Shown one piece after another: positions 7,612-18,200 of a DNA stretch of 53,391 bases (the stretch's first letter is position 1; each line of letters opens with the position of its first letter). The stretch comes from Parcubacteria group bacterium (GTDB taxonomy: Bacteria > Patescibacteriota > JABMPQ01): positions 1-53,391 of the forward strand of contig JABMPQ010000038.1 in the NCBI GenBank assembly GCA_013202585.1. Reading direction: 5' to 3'. The notes beneath the pieces are model-generated. The model was not told the origin of the DNA and searched no databases. It saw nothing but the letters and a program-made list of their open reading frames with translations. Both the position numbers and the translations under genes were made by a program.

Positions 7612-7677
7612 CTCAGCTGGTAGAGCACATCCATGGCATGGATGGGGTCAGGAGTTCGAATCTCCTCGGGTCCACCA
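7602..7677 (+). tRNA. tRNA-Ala (anticodon GGC), CCA encoded
   Basis: Acceptor GGGCCCG/CGGGTCC with the G3-U70 Ala identity pair, anticodon arm CATCC-ATGGCAT-GGATG, T-loop TTCGAAT, ends ACCA. Confidence 0.95.
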
Positions 7678-7712
7678 AGGTAGCAAAATGCGGATAATTA
7701 ACAATAAGAAAT

Positions 7713-7856
7713 ATGACTGTACATATAAGTTCTCAAGTTGGTGCTGAGAAAGTAGTCAAAGAAATACAAAAGCAACAAAAATGGCAAATATTACCAGGTA
7801 TCGCTATCCTCGTGGCGATAACTAGTATAATAGTCAGTATTATTCTATCCTGGTAA
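7713..7856 (+). CDS. Small tail-anchored membrane protein (47 aa), below the ORF-track cutoff
   Basis: MTVHISSQVGAEKVVKEIQKQQKWQILPGIAILVAITSIIVSIILSW. Confidence 0.4.
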   Translation: MTVHISSQVGAEKVVKEIQKQQKWQILPGIAILVAITSIIVSIILSW

Positions 7857-7928
7857 GGCTTGGTCTGGGCTGATGGCTCAACCATACCAGACGCTTGGAA
7901 CATAGTCTTCCGGAAAAAAGAAAAATAA

Positions 7929-8549
7929 ATGGCAATCACGCCCACCGATCAAGCAGAAGAAAAACTCCATCAACAAGGCTACAAAAATATCGCTGGTATC
8001 GACGAAGCTGGTTGTGGCTGCTGGGCCGGTCCGCTCGTCTGCGGAGTGGTTATTTTATCGCCCGGTTTTACTAATTCGGATATAAAAGACTCCAAACTCC
8101 TCACTAGCCAGAAAAGAGAAGAATTATATGCTATAATACAAGCTGAAGTCACCGCTTGGAGTGCTGGACAAGCTTCGCCGACAGAAATAGACACTCTGGG
8201 ACTCACCAAGGCCAAAAGCAAGGCAGTCGAGCGAGCCTTAGATAGCTTGTCTCTGACGCCAGATTATCTGCTTTGTGATGGTAATATAGAAACAGGCAAC
8301 AAAATCCCCGCGACCAATCACATAAAAGGCGACCAGAATATATTATCCATCGCCTGTGCTTCCATTATCGCTAAAGTTACCCGTGATCGGATCATCACTG
8401 AGCTCGGCCAACAATATCCGCAATATAATTTTGCTCAACATAAGGGTTACGGCACCAAAGAACACCAAGAAGCTTTGCAAAAACATGGAGTTTGCGAAAT
8501 CCATCGCCAGTCGTACAAGCCGATCGCAGCCATCTTAAATAACAAATAA
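7929..8549 (+). CDS. rnhB: Ribonuclease HII
   Basis: AGIDEAGCG.WAGP, DSKLL, KGD..IACASIIAKVTRD, HKGYGT and HRQSY motifs. Confidence 0.95.
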   Translation: MAITPTDQAEEKLHQQGYKNIAGIDEAGCGCWAGPLVCGVVILSPGFTNSDIKDSKLLTSQKREELYAIIQAEVTAWSAGQASPTEIDTLGLTKAKSKAVERALDSLSLTPDYLLCDGNIETGNKIPATNHIKGDQNILSIACASIIAKVTRDRIITELGQQYPQYNFAQHKGYGTKEHQEALQKHGVCEIHRQSYKPIAAILNNK

Positions 8550-8572
8550 AAATAAATACCTAACCTAAAACC

Positions 8573-9127
8573 ATGCCCATAGACCCTCCTACCCCTTCGC
8601 CAAAATTTATTGACCCCGATAGCATTCTCGACCAGCTTCAGGTTAAAGAAAATAACGTGGTAGCTGACTTGGGTTGCGGTAGTGGCTATTATGCCTTCGC
8701 AGCTGCCAAAAAGGTTGGCGAGGAAGGGAAAGTATACGCCGTTGATATTCAAAAAACTGTCCTATCAGCTCTACAAAGCAAGATAAAACTTCAAGGAACG
8801 AGAAATATTACTGCCGTCTGGGCTGATATCGAAGTTCCCGGCAGTACTAAAATCGCCGCCAGTTCAGTTGATTTTACTTTATTAGCCGCCATATTCTACC
8901 AGACTCAGAAACACGAACAGATTCTAATCGAAGCTAAACGGATTACCAAAGATAAGGGTAAAATAGTTATTATAGATTGGAAAAGCACCAATGTCCCCTT
9001 GGGACCGCAAACTGAGCTAAGAGTCTCCAAAGATGTTATTCGCCGACAAGCAGAAGCAATTGGCCTGAAGTTTAGTCGAGAAATAAATGTCGGCTCTTAT
9101 CATTACGGATTGGTATTTGAGAAATAA
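8573..9127 (+). CDS. Class I SAM-dependent methyltransferase
   Basis: VADLGCGSG motif I, VYAVDI, and 'IIDWK..P.GP..R' C-terminal pattern. Confidence 0.85.
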   Translation: MPIDPPTPSPKFIDPDSILDQLQVKENNVVADLGCGSGYYAFAAAKKVGEEGKVYAVDIQKTVLSALQSKIKLQGTRNITAVWADIEVPGSTKIAASSVDFTLLAAIFYQTQKHEQILIEAKRITKDKGKIVIIDWKSTNVPLGPQTELRVSKDVIRRQAEAIGLKFSREINVGSYHYGLVFEK

Positions 9128-9190
9128 AATTAATAATTTTCGCGGGTTGGCCGCAGGTGGCGCTTATCGTTACTTTTTTAATCTACAAAA

Positions 9191-10753
9191 ATGGAAGAGA
9201 GAAAAATTCTCAAAGACTGTGAATATAAATCTTACGACTGGGCTAACAAGCCAGTAATTGCCGAATCGCTATTCAGAGAATACGACCTACGGAATCCCAT
9301 TCAAACAATGACAGATGGAGACAAAACTACTCCGGCTAGTGTAAATATCGATGGCTATCGCGTGCTAGGTCAAGCTTACGGCACTTACGTCCAGCAGAAA
9401 CTCAAGCAAAATAAAATCGTAGTAGCTAATGATTATCGTTCCTACTCCCGCGGTCTGGCTTATGCCTTTATCACTGGCATGTTAGCCTCTGGAGTTGATG
9501 TTATCGATATTGGTACTCAACTGACACCAGTTTTGTATTTTGCCCAATACCATTTCGACCTACTCGGTGGAGTTATCATTACTGCTAGCCACAATGATAA
9601 CGGTTGGGCGGGATTAAAAATCGCTAAGGGACTTTCTCAGACTTTCGAGCCTGATGACATTATTGAATACAAAAAGATGGTTTACGCCGGAAAGTTTTTA
9701 TCCGGCCAAGGTAATTACGCCAGAGTTTACGATTTTAAAGATGTATACTTAAAAGACATCGAGGAGAAAGTAAAACCTTGGCTGGGGAAAAAGAAATTAA
9801 AAATCGTCGTTTCTGGTGGTAACGGTGGTGGTGGCTTGTACTTAGAGGAACTGCTCACCAAATTAGACTTTGAAGTAGTCCCGATTTACAATAAATTAGA
9901 CTGGGATTTCCCTAATTTTAATCCTAATCCGGAGCATCTAAAATTTCTCGAGTTGTTAGGTGAAGAAGTGCGCAAAGTGGGAGCAGATTTTGGCATTGGC
10001 ACTGATGGCGACGGTGATCGACTAGGTTTAGTTGATGAAAACGGTAAAGAAATATTTGCTGATCGAGCCGGGCTATTTATCGCTCGCTACTTAGTCGAAA
10101 ATACACCTGAACCCAAACAGAAAATTATCGTCGACGTTAAATCCACTGGCGCCTCGACCCTGGATCCTGTCCTACAAAAGCATAAAACTGAAGTTATCTT
10201 TTGGAAAACTGGTCATTCTTATATCAAAGCGGCCACTCAAAAACACAACGCCTTGGCTGGCTTTGAACGCAGTGGACACTTTTTTCTACGAGGAAAGTAC
10301 GGCCGAGGTTATGATGACGGCACCCTATCCGCTGCTTGGATAGCTATTATTCTATCTAATTCCGACAAGCCTCTCTCGGTCATGGTCGCTGACCAGCCAA
10401 ATTCCTACCAATCACCTACTTTAAGTCCGGCCGTCAAAGATGACAAAGAAAAATATGAAATTGTTGACAAAGTCACTGCTTATTTTAAAAACTTGCAGGA
10501 AAAGGGCGAGAAATTCGCTGGTTTAGCCATTGAAGATTTAATCACCGTCAATGGCGTTAGATTTGTCTTCGAAGACGGAGCTTGGGGTCTGATTCGTGCT
10601 TCAAGTAACCTACCCACTCTCGTCATCACCTGCGAGTCCTTCAATACTAAGCGGGAAATGTACAATATCATGGAGGCAATCCAAGATCATCTCAAGCAAT
10701 ACGATATTGGTAAGTATGATCAGGAAATGCCGCCTTACGAGAAAGAAAAATAG
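9191..10753 (+). CDS. Phosphomannomutase/phosphoglucomutase
   Basis: FREYDLR, ITASHN phosphoserine loop, DGDGDR metal loop, FERSGH and LIRASSN. Confidence 0.92.
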   Translation: MEERKILKDCEYKSYDWANKPVIAESLFREYDLRNPIQTMTDGDKTTPASVNIDGYRVLGQAYGTYVQQKLKQNKIVVANDYRSYSRGLAYAFITGMLASGVDVIDIGTQLTPVLYFAQYHFDLLGGVIITASHNDNGWAGLKIAKGLSQTFEPDDIIEYKKMVYAGKFLSGQGNYARVYDFKDVYLKDIEEKVKPWLGKKKLKIVVSGGNGGGGLYLEELLTKLDFEVVPIYNKLDWDFPNFNPNPEHLKFLELLGEEVRKVGADFGIGTDGDGDRLGLVDENGKEIFADRAGLFIARYLVENTPEPKQKIIVDVKSTGASTLDPVLQKHKTEVIFWKTGHSYIKAATQKHNALAGFERSGHFFLRGKYGRGYDDGTLSAAWIAIILSNSDKPLSVMVADQPNSYQSPTLSPAVKDDKEKYEIVDKVTAYFKNLQEKGEKFAGLAIEDLITVNGVRFVFEDGAWGLIRASSNLPTLVITCESFNTKREMYNIMEAIQDHLKQYDIGKYDQEMPPYEKEK

Positions 10754-10768
10754 CCAAATCATAGTATC

Positions 10769-10797
10769 TTGTCTTTACTGCCCAAACATGCTATAAT
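10769..10797 (+). promoter_or_regulatory. Sigma70-type promoter (TTGTCT-17-TATAAT, TG-extended)
   Basis: Near-consensus boxes upstream of the 10845 gene. Confidence 0.65.
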
Positions 10798-10844
10798 GTA
10801 GAGGCCTAAGAAACGTGCGACTCTTTAGTAATTAAAGGGTCATC

Positions 10845-12362
10845 ATGCTAAAACAAAAACAAAATCAATTGAAGAGAATCTGTGCTTATTTAACGGCAAT
10901 TGTCCTGATTGCCTGGCCTTTTGGCTCATCTGCTGGTACTACAGCGGATAGTTTTGTTTATCCCCTAAAAAGCTATGTACTTACTTCTGATTTTGGCGAC
11001 GATCGCGGGGGCATCTACCACTTAGGTGAAGATGCCGCTGGGGCAGCTGGTACGGCCGTCTATTCTATTGGAAATGGCTACATTAAACATATTGGCGAAC
11101 ATACTAGATTTGGTACTGTTGTTCTAATTGAACATACTATCACTGGTAGAGGCAAAGTTGTTTCTCTCTATGGTCATTTACGTTCTCCCGATATAAAAGT
11201 AGCGGAAAAGCAATTTGTCAGCAAAGGACAATTAATCGGCTATTTAGGAACCACTGGGGAAAACGGTGGCTGGGGCGAACATTTACACTTTGGTATTCAC
11301 AAGGGTGCTTATGTAGATGTTGATGAGCGATGGATTTATTGGGGTCTAAACCGTTCAATCGCCGAGATGGAAAACTGGTACGATCCATCTGATTTTATTA
11401 ATGGTTACGATCCCGTTAGTTACGATCCCGATGACTTAGGTAAAATTGTTACTAGCGCTGGTTCAGGTGGCAGCGCTCACGTTAGAGTATTTGGTTCCAC
11501 TGGCCAAGCTGTTAAAGGAACGGACTTCTTCGCCTTCGGTGATGAGTCCCCAGGTGGAGCTGATATAGCTGTGGGTGATATCGACCATGATGGTGTCCAG
11601 GAGATTGTAGTCGGAGCTGGTCCGGGCAACAAACCATATGTTAAAATATTCGATAAAAATACGCAAGAGCTAGAAAAAACTTTTCTGGCTTACGGAGATG
11701 ATTTCCGGGGTGGCGTACGAGTAGCCATCGGCAATATTAACGGTGGCGAATATCAAGAAATTATTACTGGAGCTGGTCCAGGTGGGGGCGCCCAAGCTCG
11801 TGTTTTTAGTCATAATGGCAGCGTTATTCTCCCTAAGCTCTTCCCTTTTGGCGAAAATCAGCGCTCGGGGTTAGATGTGGCGGCTGGTGATACCAATGGT
11901 GATGGAATTGACGAAATTATCGTGGGTGCTGGTCCTGGCGGAGAACCAAAAGTGAGAATTTACAATGGTAATGGTCGACTAGCGAGTACCGAAATAACTG
12001 CTTTTGCCACTAACTTCCGCGGTGGAATACGCGTAGCCGCCGGTGATATTGATGGTGATGAGGTGGATGAAATTATTGTTGGGGCAGGTCAGGGCGGTGG
12101 GCCGCACGTACGTGTTTTCGAGCCTAACGGTCGACCCCGACCGATTAATATTTTCCCTTTTCACTCTAGCTTTCGGGGCGGAGTTGATGTCGCTTCCTAT
12201 GATCACAATGAAGATGGTAAAGATGATATCGTTGTTTCCCAAACCTCAGGCGGTCAAGCTTGGGTGAAAGTTGTAAAATACAATAACGAGCAGACAATCT
12301 TGGCCGAATTTAACGCTTACGCCGACTTTCAGGGTGGAGCAAATGTGACAGCGGTTAGGTAG
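10845..12362 (+). CDS. Secreted M23 metallopeptidase fused to FG-GAP-like (integrin-type beta-propeller) repeats
   Basis: Signal peptide; HLGED, YGHL and HLHF M23 motifs; about 5 repeats of GG..VA.GD..GDG..EII.GAGPGG.P.VRVF. Confidence 0.85.
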   Translation: MLKQKQNQLKRICAYLTAIVLIAWPFGSSAGTTADSFVYPLKSYVLTSDFGDDRGGIYHLGEDAAGAAGTAVYSIGNGYIKHIGEHTRFGTVVLIEHTITGRGKVVSLYGHLRSPDIKVAEKQFVSKGQLIGYLGTTGENGGWGEHLHFGIHKGAYVDVDERWIYWGLNRSIAEMENWYDPSDFINGYDPVSYDPDDLGKIVTSAGSGGSAHVRVFGSTGQAVKGTDFFAFGDESPGGADIAVGDIDHDGVQEIVVGAGPGNKPYVKIFDKNTQELEKTFLAYGDDFRGGVRVAIGNINGGEYQEIITGAGPGGGAQARVFSHNGSVILPKLFPFGENQRSGLDVAAGDTNGDGIDEIIVGAGPGGEPKVRIYNGNGRLASTEITAFATNFRGGIRVAAGDIDGDEVDEIIVGAGQGGGPHVRVFEPNGRPRPINIFPFHSSFRGGVDVASYDHNEDGKDDIVVSQTSGGQAWVKVVKYNNEQTILAEFNAYADFQGGANVTAVR

Positions 12363-12385
12363 ACAAAATCAGCTTCTTTATCTAT

Positions 12386-12413
12386 AAAAACTCCTGTTGT
12401 GCCAGGAGTTTTT
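12386..12413 (+). terminator. Rho-independent terminator, possibly bidirectional
   Basis: AAAAACTCCT..AGGAGTTTTT. Confidence 0.75.
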
Positions 12414-12485
12414 CTTTACTAAACAATTGTAGAAGTGTAAGGTGAAGACAAGTCCTAATAGAAGGCAGCTATCCTGACAAACACC

Positions 12486-13514
12486 ATGTTAATCCTCGGT
12501 ATCGAAACATCTTGCGACGAAACAGCAGCTGCCGTTGTCAAAAACGGTCGTTTTGTGCTGTCCAATGTTGTTTCTTCGCAAACTGAACTTCACGCTCCCT
12601 ATGGTGGGGTGGTCCCGGAAGTGGCGGCGCGTGATCATGTTAAGAGTATCGTTCCTATTGTCGATCGAGCTTTGAAGGAAGCTGGAACCGACCTAGAAAA
12701 AATAGACGCCATCGCTGTCACTAAAGGACCGGGGCTGATAACTTCATTATTGATTGGTGTTGATACGGCTAAAAGTTTAGCTTACACAGCTGGCAAAAAA
12801 ATCATTGGCCTTAACCACTTAGAAGCTCACGTTTACGCTAGCCAATTACAAGAGAGTGGTGGAGAGAAGCCAGCAGCGCTAAAATTCCCCCTGATTTACT
12901 TGATTGCTTCGGGCGGTCACACTGAGTTAGTTTTAATGGAAGATCATCTTAAACATAAAACTATCGGTGCCACTCGCGACGATGCCGCTGGTGAGGCTTT
13001 TGATAAAGTGGCTAAATTGCTCCAGCTCGACTACCCTGGTGGTCCCATCGTTGCCGAGCGAGCTAATTCTGGCAATTCCCGCTCGTATGCTTTCCCCCGT
13101 CCCATGCTTGACCAAGGCTTCGAATTCAGCTTTTCGGGATTAAAAACTGACGTCTTAAGACTAGTTAAGAAAAATAAATATAAATTTTCCGCGCCGGCCA
13201 TTAACAACATTTGTGCTTCCTTCCAGGCAGCGGTCGTGGATGTTCTTGTCACTAAAACCACTAAAGCGGCTCGAGAACACCAAGCTGAAATGATCGTTAT
13301 TGGAGGCGGGGTTTCGGCTAATCAGCTATTGAGAAATGTCCTAAACAAAAAAACAGCCGCTGAGCTGCCTAATACTGAACTATTGATACCTAAAGTGAAA
13401 TACTCGACCGACAACGCCGCTATGGTAGCCGCCTTAGGATATTATTACGCGCGAGAAGGAAAGTTTGACGGATGGGACAAGTTGAAGGTGGAGCCCAATT
13501 TAAGCTTGGGGTAG
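12486..13514 (+). CDS. tsaD: tRNA N6-adenosine threonylcarbamoyltransferase
   Basis: LGIETSCDET, YGGVVPEVAARDH, NHLEAH, SGGHT, DDAAGEAFDK and DNAAM motifs. Confidence 0.96.
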   Translation: MLILGIETSCDETAAAVVKNGRFVLSNVVSSQTELHAPYGGVVPEVAARDHVKSIVPIVDRALKEAGTDLEKIDAIAVTKGPGLITSLLIGVDTAKSLAYTAGKKIIGLNHLEAHVYASQLQESGGEKPAALKFPLIYLIASGGHTELVLMEDHLKHKTIGATRDDAAGEAFDKVAKLLQLDYPGGPIVAERANSGNSRSYAFPRPMLDQGFEFSFSGLKTDVLRLVKKNKYKFSAPAINNICASFQAAVVDVLVTKTTKAAREHQAEMIVIGGGVSANQLLRNVLNKKTAAELPNTELLIPKVKYSTDNAAMVAALGYYYAREGKFDGWDKLKVEPNLSLG

Positions 13515-13515
13515 A

Positions 13516-14508
13516 TCACCATCGTCCTCGCAAAAAATTATACCCCCAATACCACCCCGGCTGATAAGCCAACTCCAACGCCCCTACCCAATTCTTCTCT
13601 TCCCCGCTAAACCCTTGTTTGAAACGAGTGATCCCTGACCAGGGGTGGTTTTTATCAGCGTCCGCTGGTGCGATTCCGCCGAAATCGTAATACTGCAAAC
13701 CTCTTTTCTTTGCCTCCTTAATCGCTTCCCACTGTAAAAGATGAGGAGCCATTAAACGCCGGTGTTCATAGCTAGAAGCGCCGTGTAAATAAATCGCTCT
13801 ACCCCCAAGAAATGAAATAATAGCAGCCGCGATGACCTCGCCTTTGTATTCAGCTAAAAACAACTCGACTAGATCGTTCTTGCCTAAAATCTCTACTTGC
13901 TGCCGATAATACTCCCGCGGATGAGCACTAAATTTATCTCGTTCAGTTGTCGCCTCCATTAGAGCATAAAATTTATCAACATCTCCGGTATCAACGCTTT
14001 GTCTAATTGCTACTCCCTTACGTCCGGCCAAACGGATATTATAACGAGCCTTATGATGCATACCAGCTAGTAGCTCCTCTTCGCTCTTAGTTAAATCGAG
14101 GAATAGGGTGTCTTTGGGTTGTGTTTGTTTTTTAGCTGATTTGAAGCCAATCTTTTTCCAAGTACCAATATCCCCGATCTCTGGATCAATCCGCAAAAAA
14201 ACTGCCTTTTCTCGCCGGGCTATCTCTTTTATCTTATCAAATAGTAACTGATAATCTGCTGGCTGGCTGGCCAGGTCACCCATTGATCCCCGTGGACAAT
14301 ATAAATAACTCTTACCCAACGGTAAATTATATTTTATCACCTGAGCTACAGCTAAAAACTCATTGTTATCAACAACTGCTAAACGCCAAACCTGCCGACC
14401 ACATTTTTCTTGAAATTCTCCCCACCGCCAGGACTGGAGGAGATGAGCGTGGTGTTTTAAAATAAAACTATCCCAGACGTCTTTATCCCTGACTTTTTTT
14501 ATTTCCAT
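13516..14508 (-). CDS. FemABX/MurM-family lipid II aminoacyl (peptidoglycan bridge) transferase
   Basis: LLQSW.WG.FQ, YCPRG, RYNIRLA.RKGV, YLHGAS, YDFGG and FKQGF motifs; ATG 14508. Confidence 0.88.
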   Translation of the reverse strand: MEIKKVRDKDVWDSFILKHHAHLLQSWRWGEFQEKCGRQVWRLAVVDNNEFLAVAQVIKYNLPLGKSYLYCPRGSMGDLASQPADYQLLFDKIKEIARREKAVFLRIDPEIGDIGTWKKIGFKSAKKQTQPKDTLFLDLTKSEEELLAGMHHKARYNIRLAGRKGVAIRQSVDTGDVDKFYALMEATTERDKFSAHPREYYRQQVEILGKNDLVELFLAEYKGEVIAAAIISFLGGRAIYLHGASSYEHRRLMAPHLLQWEAIKEAKKRGLQYYDFGGIAPADADKNHPWSGITRFKQGFSGEEKNWVGALELAYQPGWYWGYNFLRGRW

Positions 14509-14539
14509 GGGGTAATAATAAATAATCGGTAATTCATCT

Positions 14540-15118
14540 CTATCTCTTCCCAATCCCCTTCAACGCCAACTTCACTCTTTCTCCCACATCCTTAACATCA
14601 TCGGGAATACCCTCCAGAGCTAACACTGCTTCTGGTTTTTTATATCCCAGCCTTATTAGAGCATTAACTGCATCGCTGTCTTTTTCCGATATCGCCACCA
14701 ACTTCCCGTCTATTAACACGTCCATTTTACTCTTCAATTCGAGAATTATTAATTCTGCCTTCTTTCGACCAATACCCGGTACTCGTGTCAGAAAATCAAC
14801 GTTAGAGGTGCCAATTGCCTGCTTAAGATCATCCACCGAGGATATTTCTAATACTGCCAGACCAATTCGTGGACCCACACCAGAAACCGAGGTGATAATT
14901 TCAAAAAAATCTAGTTCGGTCATTGATGAAAAACCAAAGAGATCCAAGGAATCCTCTCGAATGTGTTGATGAATAAATAATTCGATCTCTTCTTTTGAAT
15001 TTCTAATACTACCCAACATCTTATGAGTCGTGTAAACCCGATAGCCTACTCCACTGACAGCCAAAATAATGAAATCTTCACCGGCCAGTTTAATTTTACC
15101 TTTCAAATATGAAATCAT
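14540..15118 (-). CDS. ruvA: Holliday junction branch migration protein RuvA
   Basis: MISYLKG, GVGYRV, HIREDSLDLFGF, VSGVGP, VPGIGRKKAE.IILELK and ALIRLGY motifs. Confidence 0.95.
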   Translation of the reverse strand: MISYLKGKIKLAGEDFIILAVSGVGYRVYTTHKMLGSIRNSKEEIELFIHQHIREDSLDLFGFSSMTELDFFEIITSVSGVGPRIGLAVLEISSVDDLKQAIGTSNVDFLTRVPGIGRKKAELIILELKSKMDVLIDGKLVAISEKDSDAVNALIRLGYKKPEAVLALEGIPDDVKDVGERVKLALKGIGKR

Positions 15119-15146
15119 ACTTAGTTATATCTTAACAAATTTAGCC

Positions 15147-15180
15147 AAAAAGAAAAACTGGCTTGTCACCAGTTCTTCTC
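15147..15180 (-). terminator. Terminator downstream of rpoC
   Basis: On - strand, AACTGG-TGACAAG-CCAGTT followed by TTTCTTTTT. Confidence 0.55.
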
Positions 15181-15202
15181 GTAAAACGTGCCAGCGGCAT
15201 TA

Positions 15203-18200
15203 TTAAGCTGCTATTCCTTTTCCTTCCCGATAACCGGTCCCACTAGGAATAAGCTTACCAATAATAACATTCTCTTTTAGGCCACGCAGTTTATCTGTTT
15301 TACCTACTATTGAAGCATCAATCAACACTCGAGAAGTTTCTTGGAAAGAAGCAGCCGATAGGAAGCTAGGAGTAGTTAAAGAAGCTTTAGTAACGCCCAA
15401 TAACAGTTCAGTAGCTTCTGGTGGTCGTTTGCCTTTTTTCTTCAGCTCATCTCGAGTAGCGTCGAAACGCACCCGATCCTCAATCGAACCAACTAATAGA
15501 TCACTATCGCCAGGATTTACTATTCTCACTCGAGACAACATCTGCCGAATAATAATTTCAATATGCTTGTCATTTACATCCTGACCTTGACTAGAATAGA
15601 TGAATTGTGTTTCTTTCAGAATATATTTCTGAACCCGCTCGCGACCGCCTACCTGAAATAAGTATTGTAAATCAAGCGTACCCTCAGTTAATTGCTGACC
15701 TTTGGCCACCACTTCACCTTTTTCTACCCAGAGAACAGTGTTGCTCGGTAATTCATATTCTTTTTCGTCTCCCCCTTCATGAACCACAGATAATTTATCA
15801 CCCTCAATTTTAACAAATCCGGCTTTCTTAGCTTTTATATCTTTACCCTTAGAATCTTGAGCAAGTACCGCATCTTTTTCCACTCGATCGCCATTCTTCG
15901 CTTTGGTTTTACCACCAGCAACATCATAATTGTCCTTTTTAACTTCAGTGGAAACAAGACGTAAAATTTTCTGATCTTTTCCTTCTTCAATATGAACTAG
16001 GCCATCGATATCAGCAATAACAGCTGGCTTTTTAATCCCACGGGCTTCAAATAATTCCTCTACTCGAGGTAGACCCTGAGTAATATCATCCTCGCCCGCT
16101 ACACCACCAGTATGGAAGGTACGCATCGTCAACTGAGTACCAGGCTCACCAATAGACTGAGCAGCAATAATACCGACTGCTTCTCCTATTCCCACTGGTG
16201 CATTCTGAGCTAGATCCCAACCATAACATTTCTGACAAACACCTTTACTCAAATTACAAGTCAACATTGACCTAATCTTGATATTATCTAGATCACTCTT
16301 GCCTATTTTTTCCGCTACGTGCCGATCTATCACTTCGTCTTTAGCAACCAGCTTCTTATTATTAAGAACAATATCAACCAAGGCTGTCCGTCCAATTAAA
16401 CGCGAGAAAAAGTCTTTACTCATATCCTCGCTATCTTGACGGTTCACTTCAATACCTCCCTTATCACCACAGTCTATTTTTGTGATTACAATATCTTGTG
16501 AAACATCAATTAAACGACGGGTTAGATAACCGGCGTTGGCTGTCCGCAGAGCAGTATCTGACAAACCCTTTCGAGCGCCATGAGTAGAAATGAAATATTC
16601 TAATACTCCTAATCCTTCTTTAAAGCTATTTTTAACTGGCAACTCAATGGTCTTCCCAGAGGGAGCCGCCATCAAACCTCTCATGCCAGACATCTGGACA
16701 ATTTGCGGCCAGCTACCACGAGCGCCTGACTCCACCATCATATATACCGGGCCATATTTATCCAAGGCGCCAACAGCCACCTCAGTTATTTCGTCCTTGA
16801 TCTTTGACCAAATTTCAATAATTTTGCGATATCTTTCTTCATCCGTCAGTAGACCCGACTTGTACTGTTGTCGGACTTCTTCTACCTGAGCACCGGCTTT
16901 TTTCATTAAGGCTGGCTTTTCCAATGGCACATGTAGATCATCCATACTCCAAGAGAGACCAGATTTAGTGAGGTACTTAAAGCCAATATTTTTTAAATTA
17001 TCAATAAACTCTACCGTCCGCTCCTGACCAAATTCCTCTAAACACTGCGAGATAATTTTGGTGACAGATTTTTTATCTAAAGTTTTATTAATAAACCACA
17101 TTTCCTTAGGCAAAATCCGGTTAAAAATAACTCTTCCAACACACGTCTCTATGATGTCTCCATTGATTCTTACTTTAATTTTAGCCCGGATATCAACTTG
17201 TTTGTTTTGATAGGCCAACAAAGTTTCTTCGATATCAGTAAAATACTTACCCTCACCTGTCATGCCCGGCTTGATGTTAGTCATATAATAACAACCGAGG
17301 ACGATATCTTGCGAAGCGGTGGTGCTTGGCACGCCAGTGGCGGGCTTCAACAGGTTGCTCTCCGCCGCCATCAATTCTTTGGCTTCTTTCCGCGCCATAG
17401 GGGTAATCGGCACGTGCGCCGCCATCTGGTCACCGTCAAAGTCAGCGTTAAAAGCAGCACAGACCATGGGATGAATCTGAATAGCCTTACCTTCGATCAA
17501 TCGAGGTTGAAAAGCTTGGATACTTAAACGATGAAGGGTTGGAGCACGGTTTAGTAATATGCGATGATCATGAATTACTTCTTCCAACATGTCCCAAATC
17601 TCTTCTTTGCCTTCTTCAATCAATCTGGTAGCCGAACGGACATTATAAGCCAGCTCGTTGGTAATAAGTTTATTAATAACAAAAGGTTTAAATAACTCTA
17701 AAGCCATGATCTTAGGAATACCACATTCGTGCAAACCTAAATTAGGTCCAACCACAATTACTGAACGACCAGAATAATCAACCCGCTTACCAAGTAAATT
17801 TTGGCGGAAGCGGCCCTGTTTTCCCTTGAGCATGTCAGCCAAAGATTTAAGTGGCCGTTTTTTGCCAGTTGAAGCAGCAGCAGCGTTACCATGACGAGCA
17901 GAGTTATCAATCAAAGCATCAACTGCTTCCTGCAACATTCTTTTTTCATTACGCCGGATCACTTCTGGAGCATCTAGCTCTATTAAACGTTTCAATCGAT
18001 TATTACGATTGATTACGCGACGATACAGATCATTTAGATCAGAAGCGGCAAAGCGACCACCATCTAATTGAACCATCGGGCGCAAATCTGGCGGTAGAAC
18101 TGGCACAACAGTCACCATCATCCATTCTGGCTTTATCTGAGCTCTAATCATACCTTGAAGCAAATTAACTCGTCGTTTGATTTTCTTGCTCTGGGAAGCC

